DNA of 64,000 nt from Camelus dromedarius (taxonomy: Eukaryota), in contig NC_087437.1 of the NCBI RefSeq assembly GCF_036321535.1, forward strand, positions 69,256,001-69,320,000, read 5' to 3'. Positions 1-11,669 of the stretch are shown here, in pieces; the first letter of the stretch is position 1, and each line of letters opens with the position of its first letter. Under the pieces are notes generated by a model. That model was not told the DNA's origin, did not search any database, and saw only the letters and a program-made list of their open reading frames with translations. The translations under genes and the position numbers were made by a program.

Positions 1-839
1 CTCTTGAACATTTCAAGAGCTCCACATGTAAATACCTAAATCCCGAGTGAGCCAGAGCGGCCAGTTAGGAGGGAATGGTACCGGACAGCAGTAGCATCTT
101 TCACGTTTTCAGCAGCAACGCAGATAAAAAGACCACAGCTTTGGGGGCTGTGCTTCTATTTATCTAATGAGTTCATCACTGCCACCCATTCTTAGTTTTC
201 AGTGGCGTATTCTTCTAATCAATAGAAAATGTCCATTTAGTCCAGGCTGAGGAGCTCTGTTTCTATGCAGTTGAGAAAGGGCATAATCACACATCATGTG
301 AGAGCTAGGGATGGACGGGTACACATGTGAATATGGTGCTGACTCTGGAAAATTCTTTAGGATCCCTTCCTGACACAGCAAAGGCCAACCCTTTCTGCAT
401 TTCCCTTGTCAGGTGCTGAAGCCAGCTTTCCATTATTCAGAGGCTGAGGCCTCTGAGGTGTCCTCATTCTGTTTCTTCTCCCTTCAGATGTTTAGCTTTT
501 GATCATTTGCCTGTTTCACCCCACTGGAGGGTGGGGTACAGAGAAGAAACAAAGGCACATTTCAAACTAATCATCAATTGTATGGTGTGAAGGACACGGC
601 AGGTGTGCTGCCTTCACTGTCAGTACTGTGGCTCTTTTTTATACTCTCCTCCCCCAAGTCAACTCCCACATCCTTCCTTCCTTTATGGAACTGTTTCCAC
701 AGACTCTCAGGCAGGCTTCAGGTCTAAAGAGGAAACGTCTTTACAAAAAGTACTGAGCATGTTCTTTAGGTAAATTCATTGAATACAAATTGGTGTCCAG
801 TATGCATTGTCGGCAATTAAAATGTGTGTGCCCTCAACC

Positions 840-930
840 AACATTTGACCTCTGTTGGCCTCAGTTGCCTTATCTGCCAAACCCTGGAGAGTACTTGTGT
901 GATACCTGGACACGTTAATATTTCAGTTCC
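840..930 (+). mobile_element. MIR SINE fragment
   Basis: tgacctctgttggcctcagttgccttatctg resembles the MIR core (aacctctctgtgcctcagtttcctcatctg). Confidence 0.5.
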
Positions 931-1261
931 GCCTGTGTTTACTGAGCACCTACTATGCGCGGTGTCAGGAAATATATTAATCTGAATTTTGGTATTTCCC
1001 ATCCCTCCATTTACTTCTTCTTTGCTCTAATTTGCTTAATTTTAATGTCAAAAGTAACATTTGTACCAATAAAATATGAAAAGAAGACTTTCATAACCTT
1101 CCTTACCCTTGACCCCTCCCCATCTCGATCCTTCCTGAAGTTAGTGAACTTAATACTGTGGTATATTCTCTATTATGTTTCTTCATGTTCATACAAAATA
1201 TACAAACATATACACATGATCAGAAAACATAGAAATATACTTTACTTTTCACCTCTTTTAG

Positions 1262-1568
1262 GATTCTGCTCAAATATCTCTTTTTCCCCTGAGAGATACG
1301 TCCTAATCACCCTATTTAAAATTAGGATTCCTCCAACCACCATTGCCTCCTAAGGTGCTCCCAATGTGTAACCACACTGCTTGATTTTTTTTTCCCTCCA
1401 GCATTTATCATCATCAGACATACTATATGTTTTGTTTTTTTGTGGGCCCCTCTCCACTAGAATGTAAGCTTCTTGAGGGTCACATTTTGTGTCTGTTTTT
1501 ATTACCACTGTAATTCAGTGCTATAATAGTGTCTGGCCGTCAGTGCTCCAAAATTATTTGTAGAACAA
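1262..1568 (+). mobile_element. L2 LINE 3' end
   Basis: ctctccactagaatgtaagcttcttgaggg...gtgtctggc...gtgctc...tatttgtagaa follows the L2 3' terminal consensus. Confidence 0.8.
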
Positions 1569-1579
1569 TTATTTGGTTA

Positions 1580-1732
1580 TTTTCTTTTGTTTTTAATTTT
1601 TTTTCTTTTGGGGAGGGAAGTAATTAGGTTTATTTATTACTTATTTATTTTTTAGTGGAGGGACTGGGGATTGAACCCAGGACCTTGTGCATGCTGAGCA
1701 GACACTCTACCATTGAGCTATAACCTTTACCC
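1580..1732 (-). mobile_element. tRNA-Ala-derived SINE, camelid vic-1-like
   Basis: Minus strand reads GGTTATAGCTCAATGGTAGAGTGTCTGCTCAGCATGCACAAGGTCCTGGGTTCAATCCCCAGTCCCTCCA followed by an A-rich tail. Pol III A box at about 1710-1720, B box GGTTCAATCC at 1668-1677, AGC anticodon. Imperfect TSD tattt(t)ggtt at 1570-1578 and 1735-1744. Confidence 0.85.
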
Positions 1733-1994
1733 TCTATTTTGGTTTTTAAATAGTGAAATGATACTGAGAAAATAAGTCTATAGTTTGCTTTTCATACTGA
1801 ACAACCCAAGCAAAGACAATAGATACATATCTAACTCATTAAAAAAAATTAGTATATCATGTTCCACAATATGGATTATGTATTTAACCATCCTCATCTT
1901 GATGGACATCCGGTAGTTCCTTTTTTTCCCACTGGGAAACAATATAATACACTTTCAATATAATCCTTGTGTGTTGCTGCTTTTATTTCTAAAT

Positions 1995-2240
1995 CATAAT
2001 AATAATAGCTGTTTTTGACTGCTTTTAGGTCAGAACTTTTCTAAGCATGTTATGTTTATTTCCCACAGTCCTATACAGTAGGTTTAGTTTTTATCCCAAT
2101 ATAGTGGGATACAGCGGAGGGAACTGAGGTCCAGGGAGTTTAAATAACTTGCCCAAAGTCACACTTCTGCTACAAGGCTGAGCCACAATTCAAACACCAG
2201 CAGTCAGTATCCAGAGCCTGCTCTCCTAACCATTATGCTG
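1995..2240 (-). mobile_element. MIR SINE, near full length
   Basis: gagggaactgaggtccagggagtttaaataacttgcccaaagtcacac...ccagagcctgctctcctaaccattatgct is the antisense MIR core and head. Confidence 0.9.
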
Positions 2241-3009
2241 ATTACAAAAGTGGGATTTGCTTGTCAAAAGCAGTACATGTTTTAAATGTAACAGTTACTC
2301 CAATTAATTTCCAAACAGGTTTTAGAGTTCAGACTATCACAAGCAGTGACTGAGTGGTCCCTCATCCTCATCAGGGAATTTTTGATGTTTTCAAATGTCA
2401 TTTGATTGATTTAAAAATTTTCATGGAAGAAGTAGGTTAAAAAAAGCTGTTTTTGGAAACAGCTTCTAGTAAGGATTAGTTCTGTGACTGGGAATGAATA
2501 CTGGTGGTTAGATTGCTTCACCAGTAGAAAATGCCTATAACTAATGCCTTCAATGCAATGGAGTGAAGGGTAATTCTTGGTTTCACAGTCATGTACTTTT
2601 AATTTACTATTAAGAACACAGGGAGAACACCTATTCCTAGCAATGGAGCTGTTTCTAATTACTACTGCCCTTTCCCTTATGTAGGCTAGGATGAACCAAA
2701 CTTTGAATGTCAGGTGCCTTGTTAAAGAGAAAGGAAGCTGAACACAAGACAGTGAAGTCATAATACCAAGTACGCTGGGCTATTTGTATGTTGGTGCTGG
2801 GCTAGGGATTCACCTTGTCCACCATCAAGAGGTTGCCAAGAACACAATTGTGGCTAAGTTTATTCTGACTGGAATGAAATTCACTGTATTCAGGCATGAG
2901 GAGAACATTATCCTTTGTCTATATAATAAACAATGGGCTATAAATGAGGAATGAGATAGATCTTATTAATTTGTAAAATTACCAACCTATTGTGAGTAAT
3001 TTCTGTCCT

Positions 3010-3129
3010 TAGAGTGACTATATAATTTATGGTTTGAACTGTGACACTTTTGAGAGTGGAAGGAGCGCTACCAATAATTATGCTTTGGGAACAGGTGTGC
3101 CAGGCAAGCTGAGATGTGTGATCACTCTA
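3010..3129 (+). mobile_element. MER81-like hAT (Blackjack) MITE
   Basis: TAGAGTGACTATATAATTTATGG...GACACTTTTGAGAGTGGAAGG...AATAATTATGC...TGATCACTCTA, with terminal inverted repeat TAGAGTGA/TCACTCTA. Confidence 0.85.
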
Positions 3130-4449
3130 CATATCCAAGACCTTCATTTTCTACTTCTCCCATATACATACTTCCAAGTCTGGAAGTGTTAAAAAAAATT
3201 GAGTAAGTGCTGCACAGTAATATTTTTCATCTTGTTTAGTTCTTTATAGCTATCATGTTCTGCCCCTCTTTCCATCTCTCATTTGCTTTTTTCTCCATTT
3301 TTCACATTGCTATATTTCTTCATCTTCAAAATACAGTATTTCTGTTTCTAATTGTTAAGATTATAAATAGGAGAAAAAGAAAACCTGAAATCCACTGCAA
3401 ATTTCCCGGGTTCTAGTATGGGTACACCATGGAGCAATGATCCTGTCCTCTTAGTTTTGACCATATACTTGCCCTTTGGTACTGTTCTGTTAGCTTCAAT
3501 TTGTGTTCTTAAAATCCATTGTGTGGGTTATTTTTAAGATAGGAACTCTTGAAATTCATGAAAAGAAATATATCTGAATATTCTAAAGACAGAGAGATAG
3601 AGAGAGACCAAGAAGGGGAGAGGGCAAAAGGCAGAGGCTGGGCTAGATAGTACAAGGAAGAAAGAATGGGAATGCTACCCTGATGTAAATGATCAAATCC
3701 TTCAACTGCAGTGAGTGTCAGTTCTCTACACATACATTGTTACTGCCTGACCACGTTAAACTAGACCTTAATGAATTTGCCTGTTAGTCTAAAGAGAGCC
3801 AATATTTGTTTTCTGAAGCAATTATTTGACTGACCTACCAACTGTGAAAATGCTTCTTCAAGTTAAGGATGGGGATAGGGAAGAAGAGGCAAGTTGTGTA
3901 CATGACAGCCAGTGATTGACCTTCATCATCAAGGCTCATTTCATGAAGAGTGAGTAGAAGGGAGGATTATTATTATGATCACTTTGTTCTATCTTGTAAT
4001 TATAAAATGATCAGCACTTTAATGCTCAGTGCGTAGCTCTCAGCAAAACTGGAAAATGCACTTGCCCTGCATTCTTCGAGCAATACTTTGGGTTTTTTCT
4101 GATGTTGTGGAAAGCTGATTTTCTGTGTTATTGCTTTCAACATAAATTAAGAACATCTCTGGATATTTTTCAAAACTGTACACAAATAAATCATCTATAT
4201 TAGTTTATCTACCAAGTCCAGGGCCTGATTTTAGGGGTAGAGGGATTTGTTGTACTATTTATTCTTATTCTGGTGAATAAATGAACATACAGATTTAAAG
4301 GTATTGGGAGAGGGAAGGAGACTCTGGAGGATGTGTCAGGAGACCACTGTTCTAGGATAGATAGATGTAGAACTCAAACCAGCACATGGTAGGTACTTAC
4401 TGAATATTTGTTGAATGAATAATTTCCAAAGCCTGCCTGAAATACCTGA

Positions 4450-4556
4450 GTGACAAGTGGCAACACATATAGCCTCTCTGGTTTTCAGTAACCTCCTTTG
4501 TAAGATGGAGGATAATGATCTGTATGGATTGTTTCATCTCTAAAATTCTGTGATTC
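4450..4556 (+). mobile_element. MIR3-like SINE fragment (an L2 tail lies just upstream at about 4380-4420)
   Basis: cctctctggttttcagtaacctcctttgtaagatggagg...tctaaaattctgtgatt; upstream tatttgttgaatgaat. Confidence 0.6.
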
Positions 4557-5111
4557 ATATTGATAATTAATAACAATGAAAATAGAAATAGGAATTGGCT
4601 CCAAAAGCCCACAGATACCCAGGCAAACTATAGAGAGGTATTAGAACTCTATCTGATGAGATACAGCCAGCCCTTGAGAAAGAAATCATTTGTTCTGGTT
4701 GTAAGGGGAAAAACTCATTGGGCATACATGGTGCACATAAAATTTAAAAATCTCATTAATAGGAACATCTAACAATGCAAAGTAGTACCCATCTTCATGA
4801 AATGCTTATCTGTGGCAATATGGTTATTTGCAATTAAAAGGTAATTTTCTTTTTCATAAGTTTTGCCTGAGGTTCCAGAGTCTAACTCTTTTAGGATGTG
4901 TGTTAATTTTAATAATTTACACTCTGACTTCTTAATGTTTAGAATACTTCTTGGCTTCTTCATCTCATTTCAAAATGCATTCTTCCTTTAGATTATGTGT
5001 ATAGCATACCATATTTATTTATTCACCAAGTATGTCATTCATAGTAAAGGAACACTCCAGGAGGGAGCAGTCAGTGGTTTTAAAACTATCCCTAATTCTG
5101 TTTTGTGTGTC

Positions 5112-5162
5112 TCTTGTTTTTTCATCATCTAGTTTTACTTCTTGTTTTTTCATCATCTAGTT
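5112..5162. repeat. Local tandem duplication, 23-bp identical copies with period 28
   Basis: tcttgttttttcatcatctagtt at 5112-5134 and 5140-5162. Confidence 0.95.
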
Positions 5163-5715
5163 ACATCAGCTCATCTAGGCTTAGTACAGGACCAGCGGCT
5201 GACACTGCCATGCTGAATGCTAGGGAACACTTGCTAGATACTACTTCCTGGGGTATTATCTAGGTATTAACAAAATGTTTTTTTCTCCCTCAGATCAATC
5301 ACAGGAAAAAAAAAAGATGTTCTAAAATGTAACATTATTTGGAAATTAGGGGAAACATAAAAATCTAAAAACTGAAATTATGGAAATCAGTGAAATCTTG
5401 AGCACAGTTTTATTACTGAATATGATTAAGTATCCATCCCAGTTTGCCTGTTTCTGGAAGTCACTGGAGACATCCCGTTTCAATGATTGTCATTAAAATA
5501 AGGTAATTAATTCTCTGCTCATTTACAGAAAAGAGAAGATTGACATACCCTAAGTCCTGAACCTGGGGACGGGTGTCTAGTTCCTCTCATTTCTTCAAGT
5601 GACCCCTGCTCTAGGGGTTGACAGCCCTGCAGAATTCTGATTTCTCCAATTTTACAATAATAAAATTATTTTATAACTCTAGTAATGATGAGGATGTCAA
5701 CAATAGTATGAGACC

Positions 5716-5769
5716 GTTGATCTTTCACATACGGTTGATCTCTCACATACGATTGATCCCACACACAGC
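5716..5769. repeat. 18-bp minisatellite, about 3 copies
   Basis: gttgatctttcacatacg / gttgatctctcacatacg / attgatcccacacacagc. Confidence 0.85.
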
Positions 5770-5877
5770 TACATATTTCCCTTTATAAATCACTGCGAAT
5801 CAACTTCCTCCATATTTTAATGCACAGGCTGCTATTTGGTTTTAAATAGCTTTACCTCATCAAGCAGAGCAGGCAGT

Positions 5878-5992
5878 TAGGTGGCAATCTTTATGAGAGC
5901 AGAGACCATATCTGTCGTTTTTATCCATAGTACTTGGCACAGTGCCTAGCACAGAATCATGTGTCCAAAAGATATTTGTTGAACAAATAAAA
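5878..5992 (+). mobile_element. L2 3' end
   Basis: atgagagcagagaccatatctgtc...cacagtgcctagcacaga...atatttgttgaacaaat. Confidence 0.85.
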
Positions 5993-6189
5993 TACGTACA
6001 TGCACGTGTGTATACTCAGACACACAGACACAGGAAACACAGTCTACTTGTTTATAGCCTAAAAGAAATTAAAGCAAGTTTTAACAAATGTCTGCAGTTC
6101 CTTAAATATATAGAACTCAGAGAGTGAGGTCTAAATGAATTTAAGGAAACCTATTTTTCTCTTTTTCATTGTTTCGCTGCTGGAAATGT

Positions 6190-6375
6190 TGAGTTAGCCA
6201 GATCTAGCTTTGAACCTTGAGTATTAAACTGACTACATAAATATGTATCTTCCTAGTTTTCTCCTCTTTAACATAAGAATAATAATGCTTACCTCTTAGG
6301 GTTGTCGTATGGGTTAAATATACTTATACACCTGATATATTTTGTGTCTTGATACATAGTCATTATTCAATTATT
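6190..6375 (+). mobile_element. MIR SINE
   Basis: tttctcctctttaacataagaataataatgcttacctcttagggttgtcgtatgggttaaat. Confidence 0.75.
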
Positions 6376-9129
6376 ATAGAGCTTGCATGAGAATTAGAGT
6401 TGGAGTCAATGGGGGGGAAGTTCCAGATGTTGGCATTAAGTGAGTGTCAGATATGATGATTATAGGAGGTGGAATGGAAAAGGCTGGAGGTAGAGATTTC
6501 TTTAGAAACAGGATATGGTTAAATAAAATCTCCTCTGTTGAAGGGCTTCTCAAATATCTTTGCAAATTTGCATTGAGTTGCTACATAATGTTTTCTCCCC
6601 TCAACTCTGCTTTGGCTTGATAGCCAAATGACTGATTGATATCAGTTATTCCACTTTGTGTTAGACTTATCTTGTCCCACAAGCCATAAATGACTAGGGG
6701 AATTCTGGGTGATTTGCTTTTCCTTTTAGAATTTTACAGTCTTTTTTCCACTCAAATCTTTATGCACGTCTCTTGTCTGCATCTATAAAGTAACAGCTGG
6801 GTTGGACTAAAAGCGGAAGTACAGTGCACTTATGACCTAATACTTGTAGCCAATCCATATGGCAAAACTACCTGGCATTTAGTGAGGCGTGGTAGTATCG
6901 CTACTCTGATGTGATCACACATTCCTGCTAATTTTTTTGTTTAATTCTTTTTGGTGATAAGCTACATTGGTGAGCTTATCGAGCTATAGTTTAAATCCAT
7001 GTATTTCTTAAAATGTTGCCTTTTGCACAACTATTACCTTAAGATTGTGGCAGGGAGATTTTCACATATTATGTAGCTTCCCTCAAACTTATGAATAATA
7101 AACTTACTCTCTCACAATGTCTATACAGTGATGCTATAATTGAAAACTACCCAGGTTCATTTGAAGATCTTGTGGCCGAAGAATCCCTACCTGGATGTGC
7201 TTGAAACCAAAACAGACTCTGCAGGCCGGCTCATCCTGACTCTCTGTGCAGTTCAGGGTGACCTGCATTCTGTCTTCAGCTCCTGTTGTGTTGATCCAGG
7301 CTGTGCCTCTTGGAAGCTGAAGACATTTATGAGGCATGGAAAGCATAGTTCTTATGCTTGGCCACTAATAATCAACACAGAGAGCCACGCTATCAGTAAA
7401 CCCTGAGTGACCTGAATCTATCATAAAGACTGCCTGAGGCCAGCATCACAGGTCACTTTATACACAGCACAATGCATTCTACTGACCATGTTTGGCTAAA
7501 CTGGCTGCCTCAGGGGACTATCCTGTTTCCATTAAAACACTTGTATTAGGAAATTACCTGAAACCTAAGAAGCTATTTTCTTTACTATTAGAATATAAAT
7601 AACAAGTGGACCCTGGTGATTATTTTATTGCTTTCACATTCTCCATCAATCCCTTCGGGCCAGTCAGTGGCAGATCTGGGGTAGGTTTTTGCTCTGCATG
7701 CATTGCCTACTTTCAGGGTCACAAACCTGTCCTCTCGGTATCATAGGGGCTCTTTAGTGACCCATGTTTCACTGTGTTTGCTCTACAGCAGATGTCTGAC
7801 TCTTTAAAGTTTCCCCTGAGCAAGATATTCTGTCTTTCCAAATACATCACAAGGAGGTACAAGATTTCACATTTTCTTGCCTTCCACTCCAGGGATCAGT
7901 GATGGATGGTCACTGCAGTTCTTTTTTTTTTCCCCTCTGATTTCCCCACTTTTGTTTGTTAATCCTACATACTTCATCACTTACTTTGTTCCCAAATTGT
8001 ATCTCCCTGGTATTGTAAATGCTTAACCCATAATGGAACTACTTTTCATCTCTCCTTCACTTTCTTTCTCACATTTTCACTTTGAAAGGAATCCATCAAT
8101 ATTGACTCTTGAATCATGAAAATGATCCTACAGTCACTGAATTATAGCGTCATAGAATGTTGGAGCTGGAAGGGAGCAAAGTTATATTTCTCTTGCATCC
8201 AGTACTTCCAATAGAGCATGTCCTGGCTCATTGTAGCTGCATGAAAATTTCCCCCATGCAGCTTCTATATGTCGTAAAGCATGTCACATGCTCTTGATGT
8301 TTAGGGTTTTAATGCAGAACTCCAAACATCCATTAAATTGAGGCCATTCAATCTCTAAGACTATGCTGCTGCTATTTTAGCAGCTTGAAATGGTGCAGGG
8401 GGCACTTCCAAATAATGAGCATTTGCCACTTGAAGGCTTAGAAAATGTGATTTGAAGGACACAGAGGTGGTCCAAATCAAAACATATTCTTCATCTACTG
8501 GGCAGAGACCTCTTTGTGAGGAAGAGGATATTGTCCCTTATGCATATATTTGAGACATATTAAACTGTTATCTCACATCCTGGCGTCTTGGTATAAATTG
8601 GTTCAGATCCTCCAATTTCTTTCCCCTATTGTTTCACTTAGAAGGAGAAAGTTCCTAGAGGTTAATAATGAAAAGCAAGATTTGATGTGGGTTCTAGAAA
8701 CAAGGATAAGGAAATTAACTTTTGACCGAAGAGCCTGGTAATGGAGACCAGTGTTAATAAGAAAGGCACTAAAACCATAGTACACAGAATTTAATTGTTC
8801 TCAGTAACAACTCCCAACTGCTCGAGTTTCTCTACCATGAGATTGGGAAGAGGATCTTCAGTGTTCTCCAACAGCATGGCAGCAGAAAGGACTGTTATCA
8901 GTATGGGTGATGTCAAGAAGTGATCTCAACCACTAACCATGTGCTAAGACTGCCAACCTACTTAGACGCTTTTTTACGCTGTTGTAATACCATTGTTATA
9001 TTTTTACATTTACATAGCCCTTTCACCTGAGGGAATTATACCTTTCAAGTACTGACTTGGTGCAGTCCTAGCTCTGTTTATTACTTATCCAGACAATACA
9101 CATGTAGTTGGTTTAATTTTTTCCCACAA

Positions 9130-9720
9130 ACACATCATTTGATTTCTTCAGTCATTTTGTGCTATCCTCTGTACTTCCCCCAATTTCTCAACGTATTTCA
9201 AGTGACGAGAGGCCTCGCGTTGTAGGTTAGCCTAACCAGAATCAAGGAGGGTGGGAATCATTTCTCTGTGTTTTCTTCTGCCCCAACATAATGGATCATT
9301 GCATTCAGTTCAAAATAGCATCAGCCCTTTTGGCAGCCGTATCCTATTGCAAGCTGATATCTCATTTGTCCTCTATTATTAGCTCTAGGTCTCCATCAGG
9401 GTTACTACTCTCCAGGTTTCTCCTGTCCATTGAATTATTGTGTTCAAGATGTATTGGTTTTCATTTTTCTAAGCTGAGTCTCATTTTGTTATCTTTGAGT
9501 CATATCCCTACCCTCCCTAGGTCCATTTATATAACATTTTAGGAACTTCAGTGATGCCTGCCATACATCTTAACTTATTATCACCTGCAAGTCCCATTAA
9601 TGAGCTATTTCTACTTTTTTCTTACCCAGGAGATCATTAGCATAATGAAAATAACCCTTCTTCCAGGTCATTTTTAAAGAGATTTATTAGGACCTGAGCT
9701 AAGAATACCCCAACAAGAAA
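9130..9720 (-). mobile_element. CR1/L3 LINE fossil, reverse-transcriptase region
   Basis: cttttggcagccgtatcctattgcaagctgatatctcatttgtcc... resembles antisense L3; minus-strand 9591-9571 translates LAGDNKL, compared with the CR1 RT motif FADDTKL. Confidence 0.65.
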
Positions 9721-10195
9721 AATACTATTTAGCACTATTTTCATACATAACAAGGATGTTCTTTCTACTCCTTTTCATTTTGAGTTATGTGAATTAATTG
9801 CAATTATTTTCTTAATGGAGATTCTTGAGAGTTTGCTAATATGTATTTTCATGGAGACTATATTTTACCTATGCATGATTTGGACTTGTTAAAATAAAAA
9901 TCACTGTTCAAATTGTTTAATGTCGTTATCTCTGTTACTTGGAGGCCATCTGGATTCCTAAAGGATTGTTTAGCTTCTCTTTCCTCCATATGCCACATAA
10001 GTAATCACATCACCTTCTCCTCTTATAGGAGGACTGGTGATGTACACAGAGCTTATCAGAAATATTTCCCTTCTGTTAAGTTGGAAGAGCCAAAGACTTC
10101 CTAATTGGGTGTGCTTATGTAGGATGACTTTTGGAGAGTCTAGACTTGGGGAATTGAAAAAGGATGTCGACTCGCCATAAGAATTCCAGGGTTCT

Positions 10196-10600
10196 CTCCT
10201 ACACTGCTGGTGGGAATGCAGTTTGGTGCAGCCACTATGGAAAACAGTGTGGAGATTCCTCAAAAGACTAGGAATAGACTTACCATATGACCCAGGAATC
10301 CCACTCCTGGGCTTAAATCCAGAAGGAACCCTACTTCAGGATGATACCTGCACTCCAATGTTCATAGCAGCACTATTTACAATAGTCAAAGCATGGAAAC
10401 AGCCTAAATGTCCATCAACAAGTGACTGGATAAAGAAGATGTGGTATATTTATACAATGGAATACTACTCAGCCATAAAAACTGACAACATAATGCCATT
10501 TGCAGCAACATGGATGCTCCTGGAGAATGTCATTCTAAGTGAAGTAAGCCAGAAAGAGAAAGAAAAATACCATATGAGATTGCTCATATGTGGAATCTAA
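10196..10600 (+). pseudogene. LINE-1 ORF2p C-terminal fragment, uninterrupted frame with no start
   Basis: In frame from 10196: [39 protein letters not shown]...CTPMFIAALFTI..W.QPKCPS..DWIKKMWYIYTMEYYSAIK...ILSEVSQ, which is the canonical ORF2p Cys-rich/C-terminal region. Confidence 0.95.
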
Positions 10601-10920
10601 AAAACAAAAACAAAAACAGAAACAAAGCATAAATACAAAACAGAAATAGACTCATAGACATAGAATACAAACTTGTGGTTGCCAAGGGGGCGGAGGGTGG
10701 GAAGGGATAGATGGGATTTCAAAATTGTAGAACAGATGAACAAGATTATACTGTATAGCACAGGGAAATATACACAAAATCTTATGGTAGCTCACAGAGA
10801 AAAAAATGTGACAATGAATATATATATGTTCATGTATAACTGAAAAATTGTGCTGAACACTGGAATTTGACACAACATTGTAAAATGATTATAAATCAAT
10901 AAAAAATGTTTAAAAAAAAA
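10196..10920 (+). mobile_element. Young 5'-truncated LINE-1 (ORF2 C-terminus, 3'UTR, poly-A) with 17-bp TSD
   Basis: TSD aagaattccagggttct at 10179-10195 and 10919-10935; AATAAA 10898-10903; A-tail 10912-10920. Confidence 0.97.
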
Positions 10921-11389
10921 GAATTCCAGGGTTCTAAGCTTTACTGAGCAGTGAAGACAATTATTCTGATAGAGTCTTGGTTCTCTATGTGCAGAGTATT
11001 ATCTGTAGGCTATGTGGCAGATATACACTACTATTTTAAATATATATGTAGAAGTTATGGTTAGTAACAAAATATACATTTTTTTTCCTAACATGAATAC
11101 TGCTATCATATGAGTTTCCAGTGGTCATTATAACATTTAAAAAAAAAAGTTCTCATGTTGGAAAATGTTGGGTACACTGATCTGGAAAAAATATTTCAAT
11201 GCAATGTCTCGTCTGTACAAGGAGTGTATTGGGAAGGACAGATTCTGGAATCCTTTTTTCTATCATAAGATCTATCTGCCGTGACTTGGATGTATTCTGT
11301 TGATTTCCCTCAATCTTTAGGATTAATGGCTTTGACCTCCACTGAAATATCTAGGGATCTTTGATATTTAGTTATAGCAATAACAAAGA

Positions 11390-11620
11390 TAGTAGCAATA
11401 ATTATTAAATCCTCTCTATGCTATAGGCATTATACCAGGCACATTCTTACACATTGCTGCTTTTAATCTACCACAACACTGAGATATGCTCTTCTCTCCA
11501 ATTTACATTTCTGTAAATCTGGTCTTCTGAGAGCATGAGCAGATTACCAAAGTCACACAGGTTTTAACTGAATGACAAAGCCGGAAGGATCTGATTCTCT
11601 AATCCTTGTTCCACCCACAG
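11390..11620 (-). mobile_element. MIR SINE
   Basis: aggcattataccaggcac...ctccaatttacat...ttaccaaagtcacacagg. Confidence 0.6.
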
Positions 11621-11669
11621 TACCTTGCATGATTTCTGGTCATGAGGCATGTTCTACCCCACAATGCTC

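Larger units (their letters stand above)
1040..2420 (-). mobile_element. Ancient L1 (L1ME-like) 3' region, broken into about three pieces (1040-1250, 1745-1990, 2240-2420) by other insertions
   Basis: Antisense old-L1 motifs: tatttaaccatcctcatcttgatggacat, aaaagtgggatttgcttgtcaaaag, ccctcatcctcatcag. Confidence 0.55.

Noticed and set aside
1..19. Hairpin ctcttgaa-cat-ttcaagag
   Set aside because: An 8-bp stem is expected by chance in 64 kb, and it sits at the window edge
413..457. 45-nt plus-strand exon candidate (VLKPAFHYSEAEASE)
   Set aside because: Good acceptor but poor donor (gtgtcc) and an unrecognised peptide
955..1353. 132-aa hydrophobic ORF
   Set aside because: Spans old L1 and L2 fragments; composition reflects AT-rich DNA
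1655..1725. tRNA-Ala gene
   Set aside because: Several substitutions disrupt the stems, and it has an A-rich SINE tail and TSD-like flanks, so it is a SINE
2770..2783. gtacgctgggctat, reminiscent of human PDE4D7/PART1 5' sequence as I recall it
   Set aside because: Only about 14 nt match and the flanks do not; insufficient to assign the locus
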